Shown: in pieces, positions 23,682 to 37,742 of the stretch | How the letters are laid out: each line of letters starts with the position of its first letter | Numbering within the stretch: the first letter of the stretch is position 1 | Assembly (NCBI GenBank): GCA_028534125.1 | Contig: CM052816.1 | Coordinates: 28,026,001 to 28,090,000, forward strand | Origin: Lama glama | Taxonomy: Eukaryota | Direction: 5' to 3' | Length of the DNA stretch: 64,000 bases | Made by a program: the position numbers and the translations under genes | The notes under the pieces: model-generated | Database searches by the model: none | Seen by the model: only the letters and a program-made list of their open reading frames with translations | Told to the model about the DNA's origin: nothing

Positions 23682-26600
23682 AAGTATCTGTAAAGAAAGA
23701 ATGCTCTTGTGATTTCCTGAGAGAACAAAATGCATAGCATAATCAGATTTGGAATAAATTACCATATTAAATAGAGCAAGAGAAGTAAGCCAACACAGAA
23801 GTGATTATTAACTTGATTAACACCAGTTATATAATGTTATCTTTATAATGTAATAGTAAAAAATACAAGAAATAATATAATTTTAAATTAACTTTTTCAG
23901 TTGATTATGAAATTGAGGAAATTAGTTTAAATTACCTTGTATAAGAAAAAATTAATATAATTTTAGATATTGAGGGAATGCCCAACATAATTTCAAATAC
24001 TTACATGCAGCTTAATATTGCAGATTGATTTATTAAAATATTATAAGAACTTTAATTTCTGAGTTATGCTAAAGTTGCTCTGTCAGTGCTACCATAAGAT
24101 GAGCTGGTGAAGCTGAAATGAATGTCACATCTTGAGATGCCCAAGTGACACAATGTCTGCAGTGAATCCTCTGAGGAAGTGTTAAAAAAAAAATCTTGTC
24201 ACTTGGCTATTTTTTCCTATGAAAATAAACACATTAGAATCTCAAGTAAATACAATTTAATGAATGTGTATTTTGAATGAGTTAGGTAAGCTCTCAAGTA
24301 GTTTCCTGTTGGTCCCTAGAGTTTTATTTAAATTCACATTTTCAAATAGCAGGATCTATGTTAAACAAGGAAATGGGATCACGTATTTGAGTGTTTTTAA
24401 ATCCCAAAATCCATATAAGCAATGATTTCTCAGGAATACAAAGAGGTCTTCAAAAATTATTCTTCTTAGTTCAAGTGTAAGTGCATTCTCCAAGTCAACA
24501 ACTATAGCTCATATGTAAAAATAAGTGACCAAAAATTTAATAATTAGTAGAATTACTGAATTACAATTCTTTACTTCAGCAAATACGGCACCTTTTAAAA
24601 TATGTATCCCTCCAAACTTATGCAGATTAATTCTGAATTCCAACCTATCTGAGTTAACAAAACTAAGTACAGTCATTACAAACTAGTAACTAACTACTTG
24701 TATTCTTCAAATAGAAATTCCAGGTCTTGAAGAATTATGCTGAACAGGGTTAGGAATGTAATTATTATAAAGGCTTAATAATTATTACAGAGATGGGGGA
24801 ATGTTGATGTAAACATAAAAGGAATAATAATTGAAAATCATAATTGATATTCAAATATTCTGACATTTAAACAATTTATTGATGAAGATAATTATTTTTC
24901 TATTCACAATGTGAATTAATCACATTGACTGGTAGAAAACAGACGAGGTGATTAATACCAAGAAATATAAAATAATGGACTGAGGCAGAATAATCAGCTA
25001 CCTTGTCATTTATCTAATTAATTTGCATATTGATTTATATATGAGGGAAAATACATCAAAACATGGATTTTTAGAGAATTTACCTCAGTTACTTTTATCG
25101 TTTCTATGAAGTTTAAATCCCTTCTCAGTGCAAAGCATTTCATTATTCCATTTCTGTATACCCAACTCACTTTTTTTTAAACCTAAAGTTATCCTCTCAT
25201 CTGCCCCTGAGGGTGTTGCTCTTCCAAGTATTAAGACACCAGGTTGTTTTAACAATTTCTTCTCAACCATTAACAGATGGCTTGGACTGCTGTGATCTGG
25301 CTCTCTGAAAATGTAACGGGTAGGTTTGTTTTTCTTTTTTCTGCTCAATTTTCTATAAATTTTTCTAAGTCTGTTTAGTTCATGGCATGCAATTAAGCTA
25401 TGACATCAAGAAGATCTAGATTCAACTCCTAATTTATTCATTTACAAAATTACCTAAACTCGAATACAGTTCTTAAACAATGGCAGTAGCTGCCTCATAG
25501 AATGAAATTTAAGTAAAATAATTAATATAAAAATTCAAGCATAGTTTTTGAAAATTATTGCCTTAAATGAATGATGGTAAGTTCTTATTATTTCCAAGAT
25601 GTTTTATTTTCTATGTGCCTTGAACCAAAAATATATTATTTAACTCATTGGTTATCCTGCTTATTTGTGTTTGTCTTTCATTTTGATTGCACAGATAATG
25701 AATTAATTATCAGTGTAAACAATTAGAACAAAATAAAATATTACACTAACTTGACGTTTCTGTAACCAAATGTATCTCTCTAGAGGCTGTTTACTGCTAG
25801 TCCTTCAATTCTTTTTATTACACATTTGTATAATATCCACTATATTTGTGTAAAAGATTACACAGTTTAATTCAACAATAACAGGTTTATAGAGAAAGGG
25901 AACAATAATAATGAAGAACAATTTTCATATATGTGTATGTATGTATATACATGCATGTATGTATATAATTTTGAAAACAGATTATTTAAATTAAATCACA
26001 GGCACAGCCATAAAGAAAATAGCCAGTATTCGGTCTTTAGCCATGGCATAAAACTAAGAGTTAATTTATTTGGTAGCCTTTTAAATTGGATTTATACTAG
26101 ATAATAAAAACAATTTCTACTCTGACTTTGCATTAACAAAGTTGATTTTATTCCTCACTCTGCCCAGAAATACTGTGGTCTCCCAAGAATCCTATTCTCA
26201 GCACTACATTTTCCCATGAAATCATTTTTGACATGTGGTTGGAAAGACACAGACTGCAACTACTATTTGCCAAGTCAACAGCATCCAGAAGTGTTCCATG
26301 ACTCTGTCAGCTGTGCTTACTAAGGACCTCCAAACAGATATGAGAGAATGTTCAAACTCCCAATTGAAAACAGTGTGATCCATGGGGCAGAGGCTTCATT
26401 CCCCTTCACTCTTCAGTTATTTACCCTCTTAACATTACCCAGAAGGAAATATGCAAGATTAAAAGGCAATATACACCAAACGCACCAGAGCTAGTAATTT
26501 AACACAAAAAGTACACTCAGAAGAAACAGAAGATTGAGTTTGTTTCATGTTAATACGACGTGGACACTATGAGCTATAAACAAGCTTAGTTAAGCCACCT

Positions 26601-26969
26601 GCCCTTTGTAGAAGGTTATAACTCAATACTTCAAAGAAAAATACAGGACACTGAATAACCATGTATTTTTCAGCATGATTGTCTGGCTTATGAATAAATT
26701 GAGGGCTCAGCCTCCAGAGGTCCACAAAAGTATTTCTGAGTCATTCTTTGCAATAAAACTTACAGTACCTAACTACCTAACTAAACTACTTACACAACTT
26801 CTAAAATAGGGGAACAGATACAGGCTGTTATAATTTATGCTAATCTAATCCCTAATCTAAGAGGATGGCATTTTAAACAAGGCAGTGCTTCTAATCAGGT
26901 AGCTATAAAGAGGAAAATAGTTTTAATTTCACAAAACCCTGTAACAATTAAAGTATATGGGAGTAAACA

Positions 26970-27890
26970 TGGAAACAGTATCTTGGAACTTAAGGCAAAT
27001 ATTTCTTAGGACGTAATAGCTGTAATTAGGAAAGATAAAAAAATAGTAAAGGGAAAATGATGAAAATAATAAAAGATATATTAAGTTTCACCACAATTAA
27101 AAAATGTGTTTTGAAAGAATATGTTAAGAAAAAGAAAGAGAAGCCACAGACTGGGAGAAAATATTTCCAATACATTTATGTGACAAAATATTTATATTCA
27201 GAATATATGAAGAATGTTGGTAAAATTCAGTATCAATAATCCATTAAAACTGTGAAAAAATTTAAAACACAGACTTTACAAAAGAAGATATATGAAACAT
27301 AAACACATTAAAAAGCGCTTGACAAAATTAGTTGTATGAAAAATACAAATTAAACAATGAGATACCACTACACACTCCCTGGAGGTTATATGTTTAAAGT
27401 TCAACAATTTTAAGTGTTGACAAGGATGTAGAGTGATTGAACTTTCACGAATAACTAGTAAGAATAGAATAACTTATAACTATTTTCAAAAAGAACTTCG
27501 CGGTTTCTTATGAAGTTTAACATACTTCACCATAAACCCCATAATTTAACACCTACTAATTTATCCAAGAGTAATGTAAACATGTGATCACACATTACAT
27601 ATACAGCAGCTTTATATGTAATGGCCCCAAACTGAACACAACTCAAACATCTATAAAAAGGCATCCACAGCTAATATACCCAATATGCTCATTCTCAGTG
27701 AAAGAAGCCAGATACAGAAATGCTGCATCTTGTTTTACTTCACTTATGTAAAATTCTAGAGTAGATAAAACTGTTCAATGGTGACCGAAAGCCTACCAGC
27801 ATCTCCTTGGCTTTGGAGTGCGGGGAGTTTGTTTGCTTTATGAACTTAATACAAAGGCGTACTATGGAACTGCTGTGATAAAAATGTTAT
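26970..27890 (+). mobile_element. Old LINE-1 3' region (L1ME/L1MC-like)
   Basis: gaagccacagactgggagaaaatatttcc, aaacaatgagataccactacacac, cagcagctttatatgtaatggccccaaactg, gtgaaagaagccagatac. Confidence 0.75.
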
Positions 27891-27894
27891 TTTG

Positions 27895-30470
27895 GTGTGA
27901 ACTGTTTCATCTTTGGCCCTTGGATGCCCTTTCAGATTGTTTCCTGTGTCCTTTTGAAATATCTGTTTTTAGTTTTTGTACATTTTTATAATGTGGCACT
28001 ACAAGATGTGCCAGGTTTATTCTACATTTTCATTGTCCCAGACTTTGAATCAGACATTCCTCCAAGGGCCCAGCTTCCTTTAGAAAACAAGATCTAGGTG
28101 AGCTCACTGCTATGGGGATAGGTGCACACAGAATTTCTATGGTGCCACAGAGAAAATACATAAATGTATACTAACTCAGGTATTTGCATGTGGCAGTATC
28201 TATTTCTGTACCTATTTGTAAGTATATTAAAATAAGTATGAGTTCACAGTTATATCTCTGACTCTGATCCAGCACCACAGACTTCATTATAGCCTTTGTC
28301 TTAATCATGTGTAAATTCTTTCTCCAGCAATAGGAAACCTGGCTCCCATTATCTACAATTTGCTTCTTTGTTCAATCCTAGTGAAAATATACCCTTGTGA
28401 AAAACAAATTAACCAACACAAATGCAGCATATACATATTGCTCTTTTTACATTTAGCCTGTACAGTATCTAGACAAGACACTCTTTCCAGCGATTTAGCT
28501 CCTCTCCATTCTTTCTTATCCCCTTCAGTGAGATTATACCATATATTTGTGATACAAAGAGATTCATTTGCTATACTCTAAGCTCCATCTCGGATTTCAC
28601 CTCTATCATTGTTGATACATTTTCAAATAAGTGTATGTTCAAAGTTTATCTTTGTGACGGACTTTTCTGTAGGTTTGACAAATGTCTAGTCATGTATCCA
28701 CCATCACAATGTGAGACATAATAGTTTTATCATCCTAAATATTCCCTTGTACAGCACCTTAACCCATCTTCAAAGTCATTCAAATTTTTGTCCCAGATAT
28801 TTTATGTTTTATAGTTTCACATTTTACATTTACATGTAGAGTGTATTTTGAGCTAATATTTGTCTAAGGTGTGGGGTTTGATTATACATTTAAAGTGATT
28901 ACTGAAAGAACTCAATTAATATTCTCCTTTGAGAGCTCTTCCGTTCCATGTTATTTAGCTCTTTTGCATTTGTTCTCTTTATTGTATATATATTTTTCAC
29001 TTTGTATGTTTTCTATGTGCTTAATTTTGTACGTTTTATATCCTACTTCATGTTCTATTTGAATTATTCTATATACCCCCTAAAAACTTTCCAGGGGCTT
29101 CCCAAAGTGTTTATAAAACACACCTAAATAATCTGCTATACCAAATAAAATTACACTACTTCATGTTTTTGTAATAGCCTCATAAAATATCCCAAATTCC
29201 TCCTTCCCATCCTTTTTGCTATTAATGAAAAATACAACTATGTATGCTGTAAGCACAGGATGAATTGCCACTATTTTGCTTTAAACAGTAACCTTTTAGA
29301 GTAATTACAATAAAAAATTAAATTTATATTTAAAATTTTTATTCCTAATTTTTTTTATTTCTTTGAGTAGACCCATTTATGACCCACATAACAGCCATTT
29401 TGGGTAAATAAGTTCTTTTAACATTTCTTGTGGAGCTGCTTTGCTGGCAATACACTGACTAAATTTTTGTTTCATTGAGAATATTTGATTCTTTATTAAT
29501 TTTTATTTGAAATAATTTTAGATTTACAGGAGAGTTTCTAAGATAGTAGAGGGAGTTTCATTATATCCATCTTTTGTTTGTGAAGGATATTTTCACTAGG
29601 CATAGAATTCTGGATTGACATGTGTTTTCACTCTTTTCCATCACTAATAAGGTGTGATACCACTGTCTTATTAACTTAATTACTGATAAGACATCAGTTA
29701 TAATTCTTATCCTGTTCCTTTTTAGGTTATATGCTTTTCCCTCTGGTTGCGATCAAGAATTTCTGGTTTTCCACATTCTGAATATAATACACCTTGATTT
29801 TTGTTTCTCTTTTCTGTATGATACTTTAAAAGCTTCTTGAATTTGTGATTTGATGTTTCCATTAACTTCAGAAATTAATTTTGTGAATTGTTAGTCCCCT
29901 TATCTTCAAATATTGCTTCTTCTCTGTCTGGGATTCCTATTAAGCATATGTTAAAATTGCTCTAGTGTGTTTGTGTTATTCTAGTCAGGAGATGGGACAG
30001 AACTGAGGTTTGCTGTTTTTATAGATACACTCAGTACACCACAGGTAACAAAATTCTTTGGTGATATCCTGTTTTTCAGACAGTCCTCCTAATATCTATT
30101 CCATTCTTTGACCTGAGTTCACTCTCTGCACTATTTTCTGGTGGGATTTGGGGACGAAGAGACTTCAAGAGAGTTTGAACTTCCTTGTATCTGTGGCTCG
30201 CAAGGCTTCACACTCATATTTGCCCACACTCAGCCTTTGCTAAAACATCTTCCCCAGTTACACCAATGCTAGGGTTTTCTCTCTTCCAGCAGGCTCTTTC
30301 TCTCCCCATTTTGTAGCTTATTTTTTGCTCTACATTATGTATTTTCTTATGGGTTAAAGAAAAATCACGTATTTGCAGTTTTCTCAGCTTTTTTTGGTCT
30401 TATCATTAGGGTGAAAGCAATACACTTTCCAACTTTGTATATCTGAGCTGAGCCTGGATATTGATATTTT
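27895..30470 (-). mobile_element. Mosaic of old antisense LINE-1 fragments (3'UTR and ORF1/5' parts)
   Basis: T-rich antisense L1 motifs, e.g. gaaggatattttcactaggcatagaattctggattgac, ttatcttcaaatattgcttct, ttgaaataattttagatttacaggagag; probably several elements. Confidence 0.6.
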
Positions 30471-30569
30471 TGAAATTACTCAGGTGTCAATCATGTACAG
30501 CCTGACTAGAGAACCAAATCATTACAATGGGCATCTCAATCAGAAAAGAGAAAAACTCTGTAGTATGAC

Positions 30570-31200
30570 TTAGATGGTCCTACATAATCTGGGCCCCACC
30601 CGTATTTCTCTCTCTTCATCTCCTCTCATGCTTATCCTTGCTTTGAGTTTTCTAGTCACACGGAGCACTTCTTTCTTGGAACACACTATTCATGCTCCAG
30701 CTTCAAACCCTCTACTCTGACTATTCATTTTGCCTGCAGTGCTGGTCCTCAATGTTTTTATGACTTGTGTTCACACTTCCTCAAGAATTGCTGATTACTT
30801 CATTCAAGAAGGTTTAATCAACTCTTCTGTCTAGAAGTCACTGCCATACTGAAGCATTCCACACTTTTCTTTTTATTCTTTTTTCAGACTGGATGAGAAA
30901 GAACTCAAAAGTTTCCAGGTTGTGAAACTGGATAGAAATACTAATTTTGGGGGGAAAAAAGCTTTAAAGTAAGAAAACACAGAAATACATGACTGATGAA
31001 TTTTCCATGATTTCTAATTTATATCTATTCCTTATTGCCACTAGACACATTTTATCTTCAATTATTTATGTATCAATATCTCCACTCATTGGAATTAAAA
31101 TTTGATGAAGCCAGGGATTTTAGTTCATCTGCTTATTGATTTACTTCTTTATCCTTCATTCTTAGAACAGCATCAAGGACACAGCTGGAAGCTGATATTT
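30570..31200 (+). mobile_element. L2 LINE fragments
   Basis: tcctacataatctgggcccc...ctagtcacacggagcacttctttcttggaacacac...ttttgcctgcagtgct are L2 3'-region motifs. Confidence 0.5.
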
Positions 31201-32461
31201 CCTTAAAACATAAGTGGTACATTTCATTATTTTTAGATGTTCTGGCTGAATGCTAGATACTATGCCAATTAATTAATATTAATTATTAAAATTAATTATA
31301 CAATTACACAATAATTATTAAAATTATTAAAATTAATGTACAGTCTGTGACATTAAGAGTTTAGTGACTAATTTATAATGTGAATAAAGTACAATTAAAT
31401 CCTAGGCTGGGGGAATTGGGGAGAAATTATGGAAGATCCCCTGAAATGAGTCCTGAGATAAGCCTTGAGGCTTTAGTGACCATATGGCACATACTTTTCC
31501 TGGAATGTTTCTACACATGTAAATCAGGTTAAAACGACTATTTTAGCAAGATTATAAATCCTAACCCACAGGATTTCACTTTGGGGGCAAGTGTCACTTT
31601 CCAAGCACACGTGAAGTGGAAATTTAAGTTTTTATTCCACTTCACTAAACAAATTGTGAGACTGATCTAATGCAAATTTGATCTTCATTAAACTAAATAA
31701 AATCCCTTACAGAATCCTTCAGTATCTAGAAGTGTCATAGTCCTAAATTAGGAACTTTCCATCTCAGACCCTCTGTCCCTTTCTGCTGCTTTCTTGACTA
31801 TCTCCCCCATCCATGACCTGAATGCTTCAGAATAAATAACACTCTTCCTTACTGGTGCCCACTGCCTCAAAATCACCATCCCACAGCGCCAGGGACAAGG
31901 AATTTCTCTGACAATCTCACAACTTTGTCAGCTGAATTCTAAGATCCAGAATTATTTCGTATTTCCTTCGTATTTGAAGATTTTTTTTCCCCTTTTCCAT
32001 TCTCTCATCTTGCCTTCAGTCTCTGATTCTAAAGTTCCATGCCCTATGCTATCATTCTGTTTCAAAATATGTCCAGACAATAGTCGTCTGAGAATTCTCA
32101 GAGGAGACAGCATGAAGGTAAAAGTTTATACATGTTTTTGAATTATTTGATCAGACAAGGCATAAGAACATGAACTCAGTGTGACAAGCCATTAGGGGAT
32201 TTCGTAGGTTTATGAGAAAGATTAGCACAGCAAAAGTAGAGTTTTAGCAGGATTAGTCTGGCATCAGAGGGCTATGGGTATTAGAGGAGGAAATGCTCTG
32301 CTCATAGAGAACTACTTAGCAGTTACCATGGATCCTACTGCAGGCAACAAGGGGAGAGAGAGAATCTGATTAGAGAGAAAGAACTGCAAGGTTTCTGTAC
32401 CATGAGACGGGAAGGATGAAAACATTTTAAGAAATGGATTTCAGAGTAAGAAAGGACTCTA

Positions 32462-32690
32462 TGGGAAAGTTTGAGATTTGGAGATACTAACTACTATATA
32501 TAAAATAGATGAACAACAAGGTCCTACTGTAGAGCACAGGGAACTATACCAATGCCTTGTAATGGCCTATAATGAAAGATATGAAAAGGAATTATGTGTG
32601 TGTATGTGTGTATATATATAAGTGAATCACTAGGCTGTACACCAGTAATTAACACTACATTGTAAACCGACTATACTTCAATAAAAAGAC
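32462..32690 (+). mobile_element. LINE-1 3'UTR end (artiodactyl-type)
   Basis: aacaacaaggtcctactgtagagcacagggaactata...gactatacttcaataaaaag is near-collinear with 35640-35835 and 61182-61382. Confidence 0.9.
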
Positions 32691-33861
32691 CTGACTGAAA
32701 AGAAAAAAACTGAACAATTTACAAAAAAAAAAATTACTGAAGTACATGAGTGATATGTTTTTATATGGTTCTTCTATTTATATTTGCTTTCCGCTGTGAT
32801 AGCAGAGGGTCCCTGCAATGACTTAATAATCCTTTACATTGTCTTTAATAAAGCATAACAATAATCATGTTAGTGGCATAATTATAAATTTTTAGTGTGA
32901 TGTTTGATAATTTAAGTGAAGTGTAACCACATCAGTAGCCGTGAGAACAAATATTACTTCTATTTAACATACTATTTTGCTATACTCCTCAGATCTACAA
33001 GGCTTAACGTAAGTTTGTTAGACTTGATGACAAAATCCAACTTGAGGAGAGTCAATATTAAGAGAAATTTTATGGGATTCATAGCTTATAGTTACCAGTG
33101 ATAAGTTACATATAACGAAAAGAGCTAGTGGCAGGTTAGATGGCTGCTAGATAAAAATATAATTCTGCGAATTACATATTGGTGAACTCTCCCATCAAAG
33201 CAGGTAGGTTTGTTGTTCTCTGCCCATCCTACCCAAAAATACTCATATCTCAAAGTTAACCTACTTGCATTATCCAAATAAAGTTTTTAAGTGTCATACT
33301 TTCAAAATAATTCCCAATATAAAATATAATTTAATATTCTTTCTGTCAAGTTAGAAATATTTTCTAAAAATTTCTAATATATTTTAGTGTCTGGAATAAT
33401 GAAATTCAGGAATACGCTTTTAATCATCTTTAATGATATCTACTGATACCAAAAGAAATTACAATTCAGACAGTTTCCTGTATTTTTCACTTGCATATTA
33501 TGTATAAATGCACTTTATACCATTCAAATTAAGATGATAAATTTAGTCAATTATAAATATTTCATAATGGATATGACAAAAGTAATCATATTTTAAAAAC
33601 TGGAATTTCAATCTATTAAATAATATTATCTTTAACCCTAAGGTGTGGTAATACTATATATGTGTATGCATTTTTGCATGTGTGGCTAACAAGATAAACT
33701 AATACTTAGAATTGTGCATATTATGAAAGAGACACGAGAATAATTTAGAAAGAGAAAACTGGTCCCAGGTCTACAGTCTGGTCTTACCATGAAGTAGAAG
33801 AGTATTTTTCTTGTTCTGTGTTTGTTTACATATTAGAACTAGTTGATTGCACTTAACCAAA

Positions 33862-34270
33862 TGTCCGCAGTGGCCTATCTCTTACTCTCTGCTTTGCTTG
33901 GCTAAAATTTAGTCAGGCTTCTCTCCTCCAGGCAGGTCCCTGAATTGATTAGGCTTATCTCCAAGTCTCAGCCAGTGCTAAAATGCAGAACATCCCCCCT
34001 TATGAGCTCATCCCAAGAATATGGTCACCTTAGTAAGAAACATTTCCCTTCAGACTCCCTGATCTTGTTGTCTGCTCAAGGCCTCTGTTTCCCCAATTTT
34101 CCCTTCTAAGTACCTGCTAGCTCTCATACCTCCTTATAAAAGAAAATATTTTTTGGTTTGATATTGAGATAGTGCAGATCCTGAGATCAAAGTGTTTTTC
34201 ATACTGCAATAGTCTTTTTGGGGAAAAAAAAATCTCTCCTTATCTAAATCCAGGTCTGTTCACATTTAAC
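33862..34270 (+). mobile_element. Probable ERV1 solo LTR (MER31/MER67-like)
   Basis: gcttggctaaaatttagtcaggcttctctcctcc at the start, TATA-like ccttataaaag, actgcaatagtc, and an ...ttaaca end. Confidence 0.55.
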
Positions 34271-35114
34271 ACACTCAAGCATGTACTCTTCATTTTCAAA
34301 ATCTGTTCACGTTTGTACTGTCTCTCATGATTTGGGACAATTAATGACTGAATAATTTATAAACATTGCCCTTATGCTACAGTCGGCTACAATTTTTAAA
34401 ATATGATCACTTTAGTAATAATGCAGTCAAGGCTACCGTTGTTTCTTATTCTCACATCTTTTTCTCTTAATAAAATAAAGTAACAAGTTGATTTTAAACA
34501 TTACCATTTGCAAGGTCAGGCTTCAAAGTGAGAAAAGTGTTAAGACTGGTAGGGTGAACAGTGCACCCAGAGCATTACTGGGCCTCAGATGGCTGCTTGG
34601 TAGCAGAAAACTTACTATTCAATCAGAATTTTCCTGTAATCCAGGATATGATACACAAGGAAAATGAGGTGACCACAAGGAATTGTCTGCATAACTGTCT
34701 AACTATGAATTTTTCCAGTATTATATAGTGAGAGCTCCATTAACTTTCCAGTTTCATAGGAAGGGAGTAGCCATTCTTTCCTTTGACAACTATTTGTTAA
34801 ATCTGCATTACTTTTATTCAAATGAGGATGTTCTAATCATTTAAATATGGGTTAATAATTGTAGGTATCTCAGATTAGCAATGTATACCTAGTTTACACC
34901 TAGTCTATTATATTCAAACTACTGAGGAAAAGAGGATAATGCACTAGAGACATTGCAAAGTCCACTTGTAAAGATTTACTAACATAGGTGCACCTTTCCT
35001 AAACATACCATTGGAAACAGGGGGTCAAAAATCTTGAGAGATAATGCAAAATCATCCAGATCAATTTGCCTTAGTCTTTACAGATTTGAGATCTAAAGCC
35101 AAAAGGCTGAGAAC

Positions 35115-35316
35115 TGACCTACCCTATGACCCAGCAATCCCACTCCTGGGCATATATCCTGAGGAAACTCTAATCTGAAGATACATGCACCCTAATGTTC
35201 ATAGTATCACTATTTACAATAGTCAAGACACGGAAGCAACATAAATGTCTATCAACAGATGACTGGATAAAGAAGTTCTAATATATGCATGTGTATATAT
35301 ACACACACACACCCAC

Positions 35317-35352
<36 letters not shown>

Positions 35353-35874
35353 AATACTACTCAGCCATAAAATAGATAAAATAATGCCATTTGCAGCAAC
35401 ACTGATGGACCTGGAGATCATTATACTAAGTGAAATAAGCCAGAAAGAGAAAGAAAAATACCATATGATATCTGAGATCACTTACATGTGGAATCTAAAA
35501 ATACATAAATAAAATAAAAAATAAAAAAACAAAACAAAACAGGACATAAATGAACTTATTTACAAAATAGAGACAGACTCACAGACATAAAAATCAAACT
35601 TATGGTTACTGGGGAGAAAGGGAGTAGGGAGGGATAAATGGGGAGTTGAGGATTTGCAGATACTAACTGCTATATATCAAATAGATAATAATGCCCTACT
35701 GTATAACACAGGGAACTATGTTCAATACCTTGTAATGGCCTACAATGAAAAGGTATATAAAAAGGAATATATATATTTGCATAAATGAATCACATGTTGT
35801 ACACCAGAAATAAACACATTACAAATTCAATTAAAAAAAAAACTTTAAAAAAGGAAAGTGAAAGTTAAATAAAA
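35115..35874 (+). mobile_element. 5'-truncated LINE-1 3' end with TSD
   Basis: ctaccctatgacccagcaatcccactcctgggcatatatcc through the 3'UTR; TSD aaaaggctg at 35101-35109 and 35875-35883; internal (CA)n at ~35300-35347. Confidence 0.92.
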
Positions 35875-37700
35875 AAAAGGCTGTGACTCATCCCTTATAC
35901 AATGTTAGCAGGTATGTTTATGAGCTTGTTACTCTTGCAATAGTTATCCAACAGAGAGCATCCGTGCACTAGCTGCGGCTGTGTTAGACTGTTCTCAGGA
36001 TTCGTGCTGATGATGTGTGTCAAAGCACTCTGTTCACCTTTGTGAAATCCCTATTCAGTACACCCCCACATGCAGTGTCATCAGGGCCACTACAAGCACA
36101 AACTCCCAGATTCCTTATGAGTTACGAAAAGGCTATGTTTCTTCAAATATAATTTTAAAGATCATTTATCATGTAGTTCTTAGAAATAAGAATTATATCA
36201 AAGAAAATCTTTCTGTAAATTTATAGTCATATTTAACAAGTGAATTTCAAGTATGTTCAAATTGAACACAACTATGTTTAATAAAATTAAATAAAATGCA
36301 AAACTCAATCATAATAATTAGGATCTCATACTTACTTATATTAAAATGATCATGTCCTGATTTTATAGAAACCAATTCTTTATGGTATTCTGATACTTAC
36401 ATTTTCTAATATCTAATTTTCTATGAAAATTGGAATCATATTAGGCAGTATTGATTGTGACACTGTGTTCCTCAAATGGTTTTGAATGAGTAAGTTTTAA
36501 TTTTGAGAAGGAACATTTCCCATTTGCAATTAATTTTGACAAAGTTAAATAAATCTTTTAAGCTAAAGAATCAACCTCAAATGTGCTCATCTATTTATGC
36601 TGCAAATACATTGTAATACTTCACTGGGAATCATATAATATTTTAGGGGAAAAAAAAACAAAGCTACTACATTTCTGAAATAACCATGTCTCATTAATAA
36701 AACATCACTGAAAGGTTTAAGTTAAATTTCAGGTTTTTAGAGTTTTAGTAGTCTTGGATCACATAATTTATTAAATTATATATGTTGTCTGTAACACAAA
36801 ATTCTTCACAATAATCTTTCAGTATGTAACTCTTATTTTAAAAGACTTTCTTATATGGGATAGATAAGATAAATGACTTTTAAATTTAGGTTTGAATTAG
36901 AGATAATCTGACTATAGTATTTACAGTCAAAAATAGCTTCCTTGATATTATTCCAATTTACCACACTGAAAAATTTGGCAACTTCTGAAAGAAAAAACTG
37001 GCAACCAATTTGTGGATACTCTGAAACTTCTTTTCTATCAGTAATAAATTTTTCATAGTTATCAATACTTTTGTTGTATTCAAATAAGTTCTTGACCCCC
37101 TTAACAATGTAAGAACATGGTACATTTTACATACATACACTGAATTTTAATTCCTGATATATACTTTATTTTATATATTTAGCTAATATATAAGATAAAT
37201 ATAATTTAGTTTATAACATCAATGTTTCCTAATAGATCATGCCCAATGAGCATATAAACAATGTTTATTATTTTTAATGCCTATCAGATTTTTATTGAAG
37301 AATAGTAGATTTACACTACTGTATTAGCTTCAGGTGTAGAATATAGTGATTCAATATTATACTTCATTTAAAGGTATTATAAAATATTGGTTATATTCCC
37401 TGTGCTGCACATTACATCGTTGTATCTTATATACGTTATACCTAACTTCGTACCTCTTAATCCCCTTCCTCTGTCTTGCCACTCCCCTCATCACTCTCCA
37501 GTTGTAACTACTAGTTTGTACTCTTTCTCTGAATCTGTCTGTGGTTATATTAATTCATTTGTTTTATTTTTCAGATTCCACATATAAGTGAAAACATAGT
37601 ATTTGTCTTTCTCTGTCTGACTTCACTAGCATTATACCCTCCAGGTCTATTCATGTTTCTACAAATGGCAATTCTTTTTCACTGCTGACTGATATTCCAT

Positions 37701-37701
<1 letters not shown>

Positions 37702-37733
<32 letters not shown>
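37702..37733. repeat. (GT)16 microsatellite
   Basis: Read directly; lies within the L1. Confidence 0.95.

Positions 37734-37742
<9 letters not shown>

Noticed and set aside
31265..31340. AT-rich quasi-palindromic repeat
   Set aside because: Low-complexity AATT/TTAA sequence expected in AT-rich DNA.
32740..33100. Possible old hAT DNA transposon fragment
   Set aside because: Could not identify terminal inverted repeats or a family with any confidence.
35836..35874. L1 3' transduction between the A-tail and TSD
   Set aside because: Too short and A-rich to distinguish from a decayed poly(A) tail.
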